This document shows, piece after piece, positions 1 to 13,603 of a DNA stretch of 64,000 nt. The DNA comes from Selaginella moellendorffii (taxonomy: Eukaryota > Plantae > Lycopodiophyta): contig NW_003314284.1 of NCBI RefSeq assembly GCF_000143415.4, forward strand, positions 1,222,693 through 1,286,692. The letters are read 5' to 3'. Below the pieces are notes generated by a model. It did not search any database. It had not been told where the DNA came from and saw only the letters and a program-made list of their open reading frames with translations. Made by a program: the position numbers and the translations under genes. Position 1 is the first letter of the stretch; each line of letters begins with the position of its first letter.

Positions 1-2521
1 TACATGCTTCTGAACGTAGAATTTTTTACTTTTTAGACATCAGCTGTATCCAACGGTGTGCTTCACCGGAGCCGTAGCCAAGGAAGCTTGAGTCAGCCTG
101 TTCAAGCAGCGCACCGTCATAGCTCGTCCCTGGAGTCAGGAACAAAAGACGATTCTGTCAGTGGAAGGATGCAAAATGGACCAGCATTAACTGAAGATAT
201 GCTGGATTCTAGAAACAGGCTGCGGATGGAGGTGGCACGAGCGGTTGGGAAAGGGCTAGAAAAGGGGAGGAAGACTGTCTGGGAGCTTGCTGCGCGAAGA
301 GTATCTGCACTTCTATCTTCTGATGCGTTCTGTGCAGCTAGTGCTCATCATTTCTTACTGAACCTTGATCTGCTCAACAAGTTTATTCTTGCTGGCGAAG
401 CCTTCAGTGGTGCCGAAGCCATACCTTTGCGAGCTAAACTGGTGAAGCAGAGCGAAAAATATTTTGGAGCTTTTCATCGGCAAAACCTCGAGGTAATTTC
501 CCGAACTGTTTTGACGTCGCTCTGAGGTGTTTTTCCGACGGCAGGTCTTACGTATGATGCTAGAAAAGGAACCATGGCAAAGAGTTCCCTCCGGTTTTCT
601 CAAGTCACTGAATCTAGCCGGACTTACAGGAAATGGTGCACCGATAGTTGCGTCAACCACGTCTGAGTCCATGATGCTAAAGCCTGGTGAAAAGTTGGAG
701 GTGCAGCAGGGATTCACCGAGTGGTTAAGGAAAGGGAATCCATTTACTGAGTCGAGAATTGCAGACGTGAGCTCGGGAAAACTAGACGGTTCTCCCCACG
801 GAAAAATGCCGAGCAATGTGACCCCTAAAGAAGAAGAAGAAGAAAACGAAGATCTTCTGGCGGATTTTATTGACGAGGACAGTCAACGTCCCGGTCGGCT
901 GGAAACCAAATCCAATGCTGGTGATGATGAGCGAATAACATTAACCAGCTCGTCCATAAACATGCTCAGGTTTGGCGCTTGTTTGATTGAAAAATCTTGT
1001 TACGTTGTTTTTTATCTTTTGCCGGACAGGTCCATTGATAGATATGCAAGGCTCATGCAAATATTGGAGCCTATCAGTCTGGAAGTTTTCAAGGTACTAG
1101 TTTGCATACGGCGGGTGGTTTTATATCTTGTGGTTGCTTAATAGGGCCTTAGCCAAGTGTTTGAGCTCTACTTTTTTATTGTTTTCAAAACATTCGGACA
1201 ACGTGATTTGTTCAGTGGGAGAGCGCCTTCTGACTCTCCTTCTGGTAAGAACACTTCTTTCAATCTGTTTCTGAAAGTACTTTTGTTTCTAGTAATTTCC
1301 GGTCGTCTCAGAGGAGCGTTGGTTAGAATCTCTCAGCAGCTGGAAGAGCAAAGGTTGAAATATGCTGCTGGGCATCCTCAACCCATGAATGCTGGAGTTT
1401 TTGAGATGTCGTCACAAGGATTGGGAGGCATGGTTTCTCCCAGCAATTTTTTCGCCATTAAGGTGTTTTTCATTTAGCAGCCACAGGTGGTTGCTAATTC
1501 ATACTTACTTGACAGGAGCGTACGGTTGCGGCGGAATCGCTCATTTTTCTTGCCACGCTTATAAGAAATTCTCGTCAGCATCTTCAATCGCTACTGCATC
1601 AAAATGCTCTACCATTTGTAGACCAGTTTTTTGCCAGAACGGTATAATGACTTGAAACAACTGCTTTGGATCTGATTTGTTTCTTTTTGTCAGGTCGATG
1701 CATCCATAGACTTGAGAGAGCACGTATACAAGACAGGTGCTCGTCTTTTGCTGAATATAGGATCATATGTCGATCGTATATCCAATACAAGATGGGAGCT
1801 CAAAGAGCTTGGCATGGAGCACAACGGGTAAGACGTCTCAAAGAGCGAGGGAAGTGTTGTTAATCTGAACTCCGGATGCAGATATGTAGATTCACTTCTC
1901 GGCGAATTCAAGCAGTATACTGTGCGCTTGTCAAACGCCGGCGTCTCCAGACAGGTAAAAGCCATTACAAACTTTGTATGTTATCTGACGGCGTTTCAGG
2001 TCCATGAACTCCTCCTGCAATACGGAGTGGATATATTGGCGGAGACACTCGTGGAAGGCCTTTCGAGAGTAAGGAGGTGTAATAACGAGGGACGTGCGGT
2101 CATGTCTCTGGACCTTCAGGCATGGACATTTTGTCTTCGTTTCTTGCGAGTATTGAGCAACGCTTGCTGCAGGTTCTAATAAACGGCTTGCAACATCTTG
2201 CTCCCGCGAAACTGAAAGCAAACCTCCAGATCGTGGACGCTTACATAAAGGTCTGCTCATTTTTGGCATTTTGGACATTCTTACGAGTTGTTTTCTCGTC
2301 AGGCATTCTATCTTCCCGAAACAGAATACTTGTACTGGGCTAAATCTCATCCGGTGAGTCCATTCCTCCATCAGTATACAGTTCTCACAGTTTCTCTCTT
2401 CCTACAGGAGTACTCCAAGCAACAAATCATCAACCTCATCAACCTGGTAGCGTCCATGAACAACTGGAAGCGTAAAACAAGGACGGACTTGCTGGAAAGG
2501 ATCGAAAGCGGCGATTTGTAA
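1..2521 (+). CDS. VPS50: VPS50/syndetin (CCDC132) homolog, 3' portion, multi-exon; 5' end lies outside the window
   Basis: Spliced peptides include 'WELAARRVSALLS', 'FILAGEAFSG', 'LRMMLEKEPWQ', 'ENEDLLADFIDEDSQ', 'LVEGLSRVRRCNNEGRAVMSLDLQ' and 'EYSKQQIINLIN'. GT-AG introns are ~50-65 bp. Stop TAA at 2519-2521. Confidence 0.88.
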
Positions 2522-2632
2522 GCGGGAAGTTACCACCAGGGGTAACTGCAATTTTGGTGGTTTTGTATCATAGCAGGTGTGCAATTAATCAATCGGGGAT
2601 CTGCATTTGCAGAGATCAACAAAAACGGCAGC

Positions 2633-4625
2633 TCACCTCTGTTCGGCGCTTTCTACTGCGCACCACTTTGGCAGCCGAATGGCCGACTTCTCCTGTGCAA
2701 ACTCCGCCAGTGCCTTCTGCTTCTTGCTGTTACGTTGGTCCTGATCGGCGACTCTGTGATACATCTTCTGCGGCGTCAACAGGCCATTAAGTTGCTGCTG
2801 CTGCTGCCGATCGTCTCTAGTTTGGATCTCCATCCAGCGAGGGAGCTTGGTCTCCGGCTCCGGGTTACGCTTGGCCTGCACAAGCAGCAACGAGAAAACG
2901 AATTCCATCTCAGTGCTTTTGATACAAGCGACAGACCTGCGGCTGGGCACTACACTGTCGAGCAACGTGACCGGTCTCGCCACACTTGTAGCACGACGGG
3001 GTCGAGGGGGGATTGCTACACTCGCGGGCAAAGTGGCCTTCGCCACCACAGTTGTAGCACTTCTCGCCCCGGCGAGGGGTGGCGGCGGGAGCCGGGGTGG
3101 CGACCGGGGTGGCGGCGCCGTCGTTTACTTTCGGGCACTCGCGCGAGAAATGGCCTTCTTCACCGCAGCTGAAGCACTGCTTTGAGGGCCGCGGCGGCGG
3201 CGGCGGTAGTGCCGCTTGCGGAGTGGGAGTGCCGTGGTTCTTCGCGCCTGGGGTGCTATGGTTCTTCGCGGCTTGGCTCTTCGCTGCTTGGCTCTTCGCT
3301 GATTGCGTCTTGGGCGTTGGAGGGAAGGAGTTACCTCTCGTTCTCGTACAGGCCTGGATAGAGAGCATCAAAACCGGAGCTACAAAGGACAAGAGAAGAG
3401 AAAAGTTCTCACCATGCCAGAGTGACCGGTATCACCGCAGTTGTAGCACGAGGCGAGCCTCGGGGCGTCTCCCAGACCGTCCAGGCAACAAAGGTGGCCA
3501 AATTTTTTACAGACGTAGCACTGGATTGCCTGCACAGCAGCGAGCAAGATCGTGTTGTTCTTCGTATCGGAAGAGCAGTGCAAAGGTCTGTGAGTACCTC
3601 CAAGTCGGACGCTTCGTAATCTCCTCGGCACGAGCCATATCCATGGCCCGAGTTGCCACACAGCAAGCAAACGCCTTCTTCCTGCCTGGCTCCTCCTCGT
3701 CCTCGCTTGCCTTTCTCGGGGCACGCTCTCGCTTGGTGGCCGGTTTTTCCACACTTGAAGCATTGCGATTGCTGCGACCGGCCCGAAGATTTTTGCTTTG
3801 GTTTCGATGGACTTCCAAGGAGCTTACCTGGTTGCAGTGCCTTCCATCGTGAGCAAAGTCGCCACAAACGTAGCATGGCTTTGGAGCCGTGCACTCGAAA
3901 GCGAGGTGCCCGGGATCGCCACAGTTGTAGCAAGTCGCTCGCGACGCCTCGATATCTTCCGGATCATCAAAGTAACGAGGTTGACGCTACACACAAAAGA
4001 AAAAGAATGCTCGCAAAGTTATGTGAGCAAGAAAACCGAAGAACCAACAAAAACCAAAGCTCTACCAGGATCTTCCGGAATGCCAGATTCTCTGGCGGAG
4101 GATTTACTTCTTTCGTCTCAGTTGCTAGAACTGCTGGCTCATCGTCCTTCAAAAAAGAAAAAAAACGTGAAAAAAAAAGGCGATGACCTTCCGTGAATCG
4201 CAAACTTTTGCGCTCACCTTGGGCTTTCTGGCCTTGCTTCTCTTCCTCGATCTCTTCTCGGCATTGCTCTTGTCCTCCACTTCTCCCTTCCCATAATCCA
4301 CACACTTGTTCCTCTTGGAAGACTTCCCATGCTTCTCTAGACCATCGTCTTCGTCCCCCTCTTCGCCGGCATCTCGCCTCTTCACTCCCTTCTCCTTGAC
4401 AATCTCTAGAGCGCCATCCCTGTCTGGAGTTAGATCGGTTATCTCTTTCGACTCGTCTACTTTGCTCACATCTTCCGCCGGATCCGAGGGAGAGCTGGAG
4501 AGCTCCGCCGCGCGCTGGCTGTGCGCCTTGGACAGAGCTCCCAGAGCCTTGGACAGAATTCCCAGCGTCAAGTCCGCATTCCCCTCCTCCTCCTCCTCCT
4601 CCTCGTTCCACTCTTCGTCCTCCAT
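2633..4625 (-). CDS. Multi CCHC zinc-knuckle protein (AIR1/ZCCHC7-like), multi-exon
   Basis: Acidic N-terminus 'MEDEEWNEEEEEEEGNADLTLGILSKAL'. Many CX2CX4HX4C knuckles (CYNCGDTGHSG, CFKCGKTGHQARAC, CFSCGEEGHFSREC, CYNCGGEGHFAREC, CYKCGETGHVARQC) spread over exons. Last exon is in the frame of ORF 2633..3049. Confidence 0.85.
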
Positions 4626-4754
4626 CTCCGACGACCGCTCCCAAACCCTGCCCAGCTAGCGATCGCGTTTCGCGACAGCGAAACCCTAATAGTGCCGCCC
4701 AAGAACCCTAAAAGACGATGACGTGTCCCATTTCTAGGGCTCTCTCTCCAAACA
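4626..4754. promoter_or_regulatory. Compact bidirectional promoter with telo-box
   Basis: Only 129 bp between the divergent ATGs at 4625 and 4755. AAACCCTAA at 4681-4689 and AACCCTAA near 4704. Confidence 0.6.
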
Positions 4755-6500
4755 ATGGCGCCGACGATGACGCAGCTCAATTGCTTCTCCGAGGCGGCGG
4801 CCGCCTCGAGCAAGCCATGGATTGGAATGCCGCAGCCGGCGATCGGCTTCCTGGGAGGGAGGCTGTACCAGGTAAGAAAATCTCTAGAAATCCCTCGCAA
4901 GAGCAGGCGATTCAGCTCGATTCGCGCCGAAGTCCCTCCGCCGGAGGTTCTGGAAATCAAGCCTAGCAGTAGCGGCACTGGCAGCAGCAGCGATGAGACG
5001 ATCCGGCAGTTCCTGGACAGGGATTACAAGTGGGGATTCGTCTCCAATGTGGCGTCCGAGTCCATCCCCAAGGGCCTGGACGAGAGCACTGTCCGTTTGA
5101 TCTCCTCCAAGAAGAAGGAGCCCGACTGGCTCCTCCAGTTCCGCCTCAACGCCTATCGCCAGTGGCTCAAGATGGAGGAGCCAAGCTGGTCGGACAACAC
5201 CTATCCCAAGATCGACTTCCAGGACTTCTGCTACTACACCGCCCCAAAGCAGAAGGAGGTGAAGCAGAGCTTGGACGAGGTGGATCCGGAGCTCCTGGAG
5301 ACGTTCCGGAAGCTCGGGATCCCTCTCACGGAGCAAAAGAGGCTGGCCAACGTCGCCGTGGACGCCGTCTTTGACTCCGTCTCCATCGCCACCACGCACA
5401 GGAAAACTCTCGAGGCTGCCGGGGTGATCTTCTGCTCCATATCCGAGGCCGTCCACAGGTTCCCGGAGCTCGTGAAGAAGTACTTGGGCAGCGTGGTTCC
5501 GGTCGCGGACAACTACTATGCCGCTCTAAACTCTGCTGTGTTTAGCGATGGATCCTTCTGCTACATCCCCAAGAACACCGTCTCCCCGATGGAGATCTCG
5601 ACGTACTTCCGCATCAACGCGCTGGAAACCGGGCAGTTTGAGCGGACTTTGATCATCGCCGACGAGAAGAGCTTCGTGAGCTACTTGGAGGGATGCACTG
5701 CCCCGTCCTACGATAAGAACCAGCTCCACGCAGCGGTTGTGGAGCTCTACTGTGCCGAGGGAGCCGAGATAAAGTACTCGACGGTGCAGAACTGGTACGC
5801 GGGTGACGCTCAGGGGCGAGGAGGAATCTACAACTTCGTGACGAAGCGGGGGCTGTGTGCCGGGAAGAAATCGAAGATCTCGTGGACGCAAGTCGAGACC
5901 GGGTCGGCCATCACTTGGAAGTACCCGAGCGTTATACTGCGAGGGGACGACTCGGTGGGAGAGTTTTACTCGGTGGCCGTCACCAACAACAGGCAGCAGG
6001 CGGACACGGGCACCAAGATGATCCACGTCGGGAAGAACTCGAGGAGCCGGATTGTGAGCAAGGGGATATCTGCTGGAGAGTCCCGGAACTGCTACAGGGG
6101 CCTCGTCCAGATCCAGCCCACCGCGGACAACTCGAGGAGCTTCTCGCAGTGTGACTCGATGCTCATCGGGAACAACTGCGTCGCCAATACTTATCCTTAC
6201 ACGCAGGTATGCAAAAGCTCCATTAGCTTTCTGCTTCTCGTGGTTTTGATCGAGGTTTCTTTCTGATCTTATCACTTCCAGGACAAGAACCCGAGTGCTC
6301 GAGTGGAGCACGAAGCCACTACGTCCAAGATCGGCGAGGACCAGCTGTTTTACTTCCAGCAGAGGGGGATCGAGCCGGAGAAGGCAGTGGCGACGATCAT
6401 CGGTGGCTTTTGCCGCGAAGTTTTCAACGAGTTGCCTCTTGAGTTTGCGGCCGAGGTAAATCAGCTTATGAGCTTGAAACTGGAGAACAGTGTTGGGTAA
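4755..6500 (+). CDS. SUFB: Plastid Fe-S cluster assembly protein SufB (ABCI8/NAP1); exons 4755-6206 and 6282-6500
   Basis: Transit-peptide-like N-terminus, then 'DYKWGFVS', '[15 protein letters not shown]', '[14 protein letters not shown]', 'GQFERTLI', 'YSTVQNWY' and '[22 protein letters not shown]...LENSVG'. One GT-AG intron at 6207-6281. Confidence 0.96.
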
Positions 6501-8299
6501 ATCACACTTGGTCCAACTACATACATGTTGTATAGATATTTACATCCATGTTCTTCTCTCAAAACAATAAACATGATGGCAAAGCTGAAATAGTCAATGT
6601 TAGTCAGCACTTTATTTGTGTGCTAGCTGATTCTCTTCTTAATTTGTGCCACGCAAATTGCAATCCAAGAAGAGTTTGAGAAGAACAAAAAACCTCTTGT
6701 AACCAAAGTTCTACGGTCACCACGTCATAGATCCTCACGACCTTGATGACAAGCTAACCACACGGGCATCCATGCGACTCTCATTTGGAGATCGCTCTTG
6801 GAAGAGAAAATCCACGTGGTCCTTACATGCCATCCATCCCCCTGCGCGAACATCACCAAGCGTTTTCACGCCGAGCCCTTCTAATTAGTGCAATTTGTTT
6901 GACCAGTAGTTGCGTACTGCTTCGTGTCGCAGCAAGTGGTCATGCTGGAGATAAAGACCCATCCTTGATGTAGACCATGTAAGCTCTAGTTTCCATGTAA
7001 AGACGCTCAAATTCATCGGCATTTAAGATTGCTCTTGCAATTCAAGTTCGAAGGGGATGTATGGATGGGCCAGCTCTTAGTGTTTGGGTCAAGGAGAGGG
7101 TGTTTCCTTTGGTAAAGCGTGATCCACAAGGTGTTCTCAAGCTTGATTGGCACAGATTGTTTGGAGTACTGGAAGTAAAAGAGTGCTCCTGGGATTTCAG
7201 AAATCAACCTTATAGGTGCAAATGAATATGGTACTATATTCTAGCAAAGAATAGATATTTGTATGTTAGATAAAAATGTTGTATCTATTGTGCATTGTTC
7301 CATGGCACTTTGCACAGCGGTTATCGCAATTCCAGTGACTGCAGAGAATTTTGGATCATATTTTTTACTAAGTGTTTTATCTCTAACACCACTGGAAGCT
7401 TGTCATCTTTATTGGTGGTCCTTGCATAGGTTCCAGGCTGCCTGTGTCGTTTAATTGTTCAGGTTATGCATGCATATTGTGTCTTAATCTGTATGACATT
7501 CTGCATTTGCAAACTCTATAAGACTTTACGCTTTTGTGGTGGAGCAGCAACAATGCAAACCACTGCTGGACTTGTCTTGAAACCATTGTTCATCATCCTC
7601 TTGATGGCCTCCAGTGGGTAATGGCAGCATTAATTTTGAAAATAGTTATCAACTTCTTTTATAATTGTTCCTGGGCTATATAGATTAAAAATGTGATTTG
7701 ATGATTGATAGTCTTAGCATGTATGAGTTTTACTCTATCCACTCAGTGATCTCAGAGGACACATACAAGGTAGTCATAAATTCTCATGATACAAAATCTC
7801 GTGATAATGTAGAACAATGTGTTGATCCGTACGACACTTCAGAGAACGATGTCTAACACAATGTCAAGAGTTTGTGACAATTCACTTTGAACAAGATTAA
7901 ATTGAAAATTCTTTTACATTTTACATTAATCACAACAATTGCATCAAAAGAAGATTGATTTTGGCAAGAACTTTCAATTCATAAACTTCATTGATTTTTA
8001 CCTTAGCAAGAAGGTTGTACAGATCATATTTATATCTACCACCCAAAACAAAGGTAAAGTTATGCCAAGTCATTAAGTTTAAAATTCGTTGTATGTAATC
8101 AGAACATCATTACTGATGCTTGTGTACATGAAGTTGCTTAATAACCACTTAAAAATCGGGATCTTTAAACAAGAAGGCTGTATGTATATACATATTAACT
8201 CAAGTGACTCTTTAGCATTTTATTGTAAGAGCATCATTAACGTTACAACATCTCTAAAGTGTTTGGGAATTTTTTAGTATTTGATTTACCATTAGTAGA

Positions 8300-9480
8300 A
8301 GATTAGCCATTTTTTTTTTCTTTGTTGCTTGTTCTTCAATTATAAACAATCAACTTTGTAGTGTCCAAACATAATGATAATAACCTTATTTATAATTCTT
8401 CACAAAGAACTTTTATTTTTTCAACCCCTTTGCATCTAAAGTAGCCACCATTGACTTTAGTTTATGATGTTTGTTCTCAATCCTTGTGTCCATGATGATC
8501 ATCATGATAATTCTCAGCAAAAGAACTCTTCAAATACTTATAAGATTTATGTTTGTTATTGTCAAGTTGACAAGTCACATCAAAAAGCTCTTTCAAACTT
8601 TGTAGGTTGAGAATAATGCAACTGTTGCCACATGCTCTTAATATAAAAGCTATTAATAAAGTAGGATTTGTTTTGATTTAATTTTTTTATTGGAACACAG
8701 TTAATCAAGTGAGTAATCTTCTCAATATAATCCCTAAGCATCATTTTCCCTTATTGAAAATGTCAAAGTTTCATGCAAACATTCTCTACATTATAATGAG
8801 AGGCAAAACGTAAATAAAAGTAACTTCAAACTCATCCATAATAAATACTAATGGTTTCTTATTTGCAATATGAAATTTATGAAACTAATTCCACCATCGA
8901 AGACCTATATCATGCAAAACCATTAGAATAACCACTAAAGCCTTTTCATTTGTAATTCCCCTGGTAGTTAAAAACTTCTTCATATTAGCCAATAAAGCCA
9001 AACACTCATCAATGCCATGATCATTGGAAAAAGCTAAAATTTTAAATTGATCCACTAAAGAAGTTTTACTTGGAATGCCACCCCGTCTAACCTCAAGTGC
9101 CTCAATATGCCCATACATAGTATCTATCATGCCATGTATCTCATCTTGCATCTTTTATTGATTTTAATTAAGAGTTTATAATTTATAAACAACTTTATAG
9201 CTCTGTCGGCACCATCATCAACATCACCATCAACAATAAAATTCTAACATTCATTTTGATAACTTTTCTTATACCAATGTTAGGACCTAATGCTAAAAAA
9301 CAAAGATATAATCTCTCTAGACTATGTTATGCCTCTTCTTGAGGGCGCTTTAGAATGCCTTAATAAACCCTTAAATTTCCCTTTAACCCAAGTTGACTAT
9401 AAAGTCAAAGTTAGCATTTAACAATTCTTCCCCTCAACAAAATTCTTGTCTCAAGGATGAGTTGTACTAATGATCACCTT
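8300..9480 (-). mobile_element. Decayed LTR-retrotransposon 5' end: LTR remnant, tRNA-Met-type PBS and gag remnant
   Basis: On the minus strand the LTR ends ...AACA at 9278, followed by TTGGTATAAGA (decayed TGGTATCAGAGC). Gag-like peptide 'LANMKKFLTTRGITNEKALVVILMVLHDIGLRWWN' (8885-9151), with stops downstream. Confidence 0.6.
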
Positions 9481-10949
9481 TTTTGAGGAATCTTACTCAA
9501 GCTCTTGGTCTATCTTCCATAGTTGTATATCTTAAGGAGATTGTAACTTGGTTTGGCTGCAAGGTAGATACTACATCCACCAGAGACAAGGTATGGAACT
9601 TCTCCCTCTTTTCTTTTCACTCTTTCTCGATTGATCTGAACGAGCAGCACACTCCACATTCTTTCGAATCCTGTGTCGATTGATCCGCATTCCGCGTCTT
9701 AAAGAGTTCCACGTCTAGATCACCGATCGGGTAACACCTGGACGGATGCTGCACTTGCTTGCCACCAGAGCAGCTGAGCACCGATTCCTTCGGCCGGTGG
9801 GCACAGGAAGCCCACAAGGTGAGGCACACAAGGGGAGCCATCGAAGCGCCACGACGTGACTCTAGCAAGCAAGCCAACTCTCGTTTGTATAGGAAGCAAA
9901 GCTGGTCCCAAACTCCATTCAAGTATGCATCACAAATCTATGATCACAATGGTGATATTTCATCATGCAACAGTTGAAGTTTGAGACCTAGAGGATGAGA
10001 CTGTGTATTAGACCGAGCCTCTACATGAAAAAAAAATAATTATGTACTTCTTGAATTTATATGACAATAAGTCTTGAAAGAAACTCCATATTTTATTTTC
10101 ATATTACATTCAAATTCTAGAATTTAGATTAGTGTTTTGAAGTTAGAAGTTGGAAGGGAATGTTACTGGCAGTGGTAGTAGGCTGTAAGTCTCTCTCATG
10201 AGTGATCTCTTCTCTACATGAACACTGTATATGTGTTGTTTTAATGGTTATAATGTTATGCAAGATTGAGGAGGTTACTACTGAGGTCATGGAAGCAGCA
10301 GTGCCTACAATTTTAGACTCAAAGTGCAAGTAACTGGTTTTCCATTCTTGTGCTGTTTCTTCTTGTTTATACTGTTTTCTAGAAGATTAAGTAAAACATT
10401 ATCTCAAGTATGCCTTGTAAGCCTGATTGGAAGCTTTGCTCAAGATGAAAAAGAAAACACTCTCTAGCACTGTTCAGCTTCCAGTGGAATTGGGGAAACA
10501 ATCAAAACTGGAACTCATGTAGGACTATAAGAGCCTGATGAGTTTTCTATCACTGTATGGAAAATTTCCAAGTACATTTCTTTCAAAGAGTTATAGAGGG
10601 TCATGTGAAACATGTGTCTTTGAGTTCATGTATTTAAATTAACTGCTTGATAGAGTATTCATGTATTCATGTGTGCAAATGAAGATCAAAAGCTTGACAA
10701 TGAACGTTGCCTATTTAAAATACACTATATATCTAAAACTTATCTCATACTAGATTATGTCTACTACGAAACATTGGTTTAGTTTGTCATCTTAAGCTGG
10801 GCTAAGCATCACTTCGAGATAGTACACTTGTCAATTAGTTGACATAAAATACTAAACGAATTTTCACCCTAGCTAGCAACCACACCTAATAAATTGCCTT
10901 ACCAATATACTCCAACATTTTATATAGATCAGCATATCTATGAGAAAAT

Positions 10950-12900
10950 TTATCATTCTTCCTATTACATAAAAGCACTAAGGTGTTCCACCGTTCACTT
11001 GATGGGAAGATCATATATATAAATGCAAGATCACCTACTTTATATTCTTGAAATTAGCTGTTTTAATTGGCAAACTTCTCAATTCTATTCTAAGCTGCCT
11101 ACAAATTTTATTTACACACCACTAGAATCTCATCAAGTTTTGTGACCAAATCAATCACTTTTTAGTCAGGCTTATCTTGAACATCCATGCTCAAATGCAA
11201 TCCCAACTCCACAATTATTCAGAGATGCCTTCCAAATATGGCAAAGTAAAGACTTAATTTAATTCTACTGTATTAGCTATTGTTGTAGACGAATTCCACC
11301 AATGAAATATATAAATCCCATTGTCCTTGCTTTTGATCAATACTATAGTGTAATATATCTTCCACTACTTGATTCACACACTTCATCTATATCCATTTGA
11401 GGTTGATTTCCACTGAAGAGTTTTAAAGGCACTTGCATAGTCTTTGTAAAGCTCTTCTAAATTCACTAATAAATTTTGAATTTTGATCATTAATGATGTC
11501 CTTTTCAAACTAAAATCATGAAAAACTTTCTCCAAGTAGACCATAGTTAAGTCTGAGATAATGACATTCTTTTGAAGTGCTAACAACTACACATACTTCA
11601 TCAAATGATCCACTATAACCCACAATTGCTCTTTTTGCCTTTGTATTCGTGGCAAACAAATGATAAAGTCCATAAAAATACTACACTAAGGAATAAATAA
11701 AAATTACAAAAGTCTCTCGACTTCTCCCATGGCATCTTTACTCATTGACAAAGCTCATATGATTTGCAATACTTGAGAATATTGACTTTCATATTCCTCT
11801 AATAAAAATTGCACTTAATTAACTCATACTAAACTAAACAATATAACTATGAATTCAAAATGCTTGAAGCTCATGTTGAATGCTGTCTTGGAGATAGACG
11901 TAATCATCCATTGCAATATGATAATATCCACTTCTCATATCAATTTTAGTAAACATTTGTATTTCACTAACCTTATCTAAAATATCATTTACATGTAACA
12001 TCAACATTTTATCCTTCATTATTTTCTTGTTCAATATGGTAGTCAATATATATCCATATTTAAACATCCTTCTTCTTCACGAGTGAAATTGGGGCACTAA
12101 ATAGAGACTTATTTGGTTGAATAAATCTAAACTCAAATAACTTTTTAACTTGTCATTAAACTTCTTGCTCTTCTGTATAATTCAATTGAAATAAACACTA
12201 GTAAATTGGCCTCATCCCTAGCTTCCATGTAATCTTATACTCCACGCCTTGTAATGAAAATAACCTATAAGGAAGTTTAGATGAAAAAACATTGAAAAAC
12301 TCCTCAAGTATATTCTATACTGCTACCTCTCCCCTACAAATGCTTTGGTCCCTTAAGTCATAAACAAACAAAAAGTAACGAAAAAAATGTTTTTCTATTA
12401 TGGCAAGTTTATTTCAAAGATGGAGTGGACAATATAACAATTAAAAGTTGTATTCCGTCTCCAAACCACACATTTTTTATGCCACTATACTCCAATGAAA
12501 CATACTTAATACTCCACTTTATCTTCGAATCCACCTTTATCAACCATAGCATCCCAAAAATGAAATCCACACAATAAATATTTATAAGATAAAAAGTCTC
12601 CACAAGTATGGTTTTGCCAATTAACATTTCCAACTGTTCTACATAAGCATTAAAATGTTGAGTAGGGGTATTTGCACTTTCCACCATGTATATAAGAATT
12701 CCTTGTGTCATCAAGTCATGCTCCTTAACAAATTTTGCTGAAATAAAGTTGTCAATCACTCCCACTATCTAATAAAATACACACTAGACCACCATAAAAC
12801 ATGTCTTCCAACATTAAAATTGAGGCATAAGTGTCCTCAAACTTTATCTTGTTCCATACATAGTTGAATGTCAACATCAGGAAAAATCTTTGTATTTCTC
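10950..12900 (-). mobile_element. Decayed Ty3/gypsy pol: protease, partial RT and integrase remnants
   Basis: Protease-like 'IDNFISAKFVKEHDL...DFIFGMLWL' (12409-12765). RT-like 'DILDKVSEIQMFTKIDMRSGYYHI' (11855-12067). Integrase-core remnants at 11300-11750. Many stops; RT C-terminus and RNase H appear deleted. Confidence 0.75.
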
Positions 12901-13047
12901 ATCAAAACAACTTTTTTATAAACTCATATTAAATATGTATTAATTTTAGTAATTTATTCTATTAATATATGCAAGTCATACAATATCAGTTCATAAAGAA
13001 GGTGGAGGGCAAAAGAATAAAGAATTTTGGAGAATATGGCTTTTGCC

Positions 13048-13603
13048 TCAAACATCAAATAAAATACAGCCATAATACACCCGTAAAAGGCTTAGAAAGC
13101 TATTTGTAAAATAAATGTCCATATGTCTGAATGAAACCCTGGCATATAATATAGAACCACTTAATCGAATAAAGTTTATTTCCCAAGATTTGGTGAAATC
13201 AAGTTCTCTATTCAGCCTTCCACCAATATTTGATATACCATTTGAAAGATCAAGCATAACATTGCTAAATCTTCCATCTCTACTTTTTGTAGTAGCAATC
13301 AATATAACAATTTTAACATTTTCATAAACATTTTAATCTTTATTTAAGGAACTGGCTTCAAATCTACCACAAACATCCTATAAAACAAAAGAAACAAAAA
13401 CATTACAACAATAATAAAAATAAAAATTTCTATATGTGGAATTTATTCTACAATAATAGTATTTGTAATACTCATCCATAATTTAGTTTTATTAGCACCA
13501 ACAATCTTATCTATAGATTCACTTAATTAAGTCTATTACTAAAATAAATTATAAACATTACTAGCAGCAGCAAACATATATATATATATGTGATATGTGC
13601 CAT
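13048..13603 (-). pseudogene. Cyanovirin-N homology (CVNH) lectin-like gene, decayed
   Basis: Signal-peptide-like exon from ATG 13603 (MAHITYIYICLLLLVMFIIYFS). Acceptor TTTTATAG, then exon 13377-13048: 'CGRFEASS..*..ILIATTKSRDGRFSNVMLDLSNGISNIGGRL..DFTKSW..IRLSGSILYARV..TNSFLSL', which aligns by eye with the two cyanovirin-N repeats. In-frame TAA at 13333-13335. Confidence 0.6.

Noticed and set aside
6780-7760. Possible ABCG-transporter-like transmembrane pseudogene ('GGAATMQTTAGLVLKPLFIILLMASSG')
   Set aside because: Hydrophobic fragments with many stops; similarity too weak to call without a search.
9600-10560. GC-richer island and exon-like fragments between TE relics
   Set aside because: No recognisable motif in any frame.
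13150-13340. Helitron Pif1 helicase fragment ('GRFSNVMLDLSNG')
   Set aside because: The match is short; a CVNH alignment explains the whole exon and the signal peptide better.
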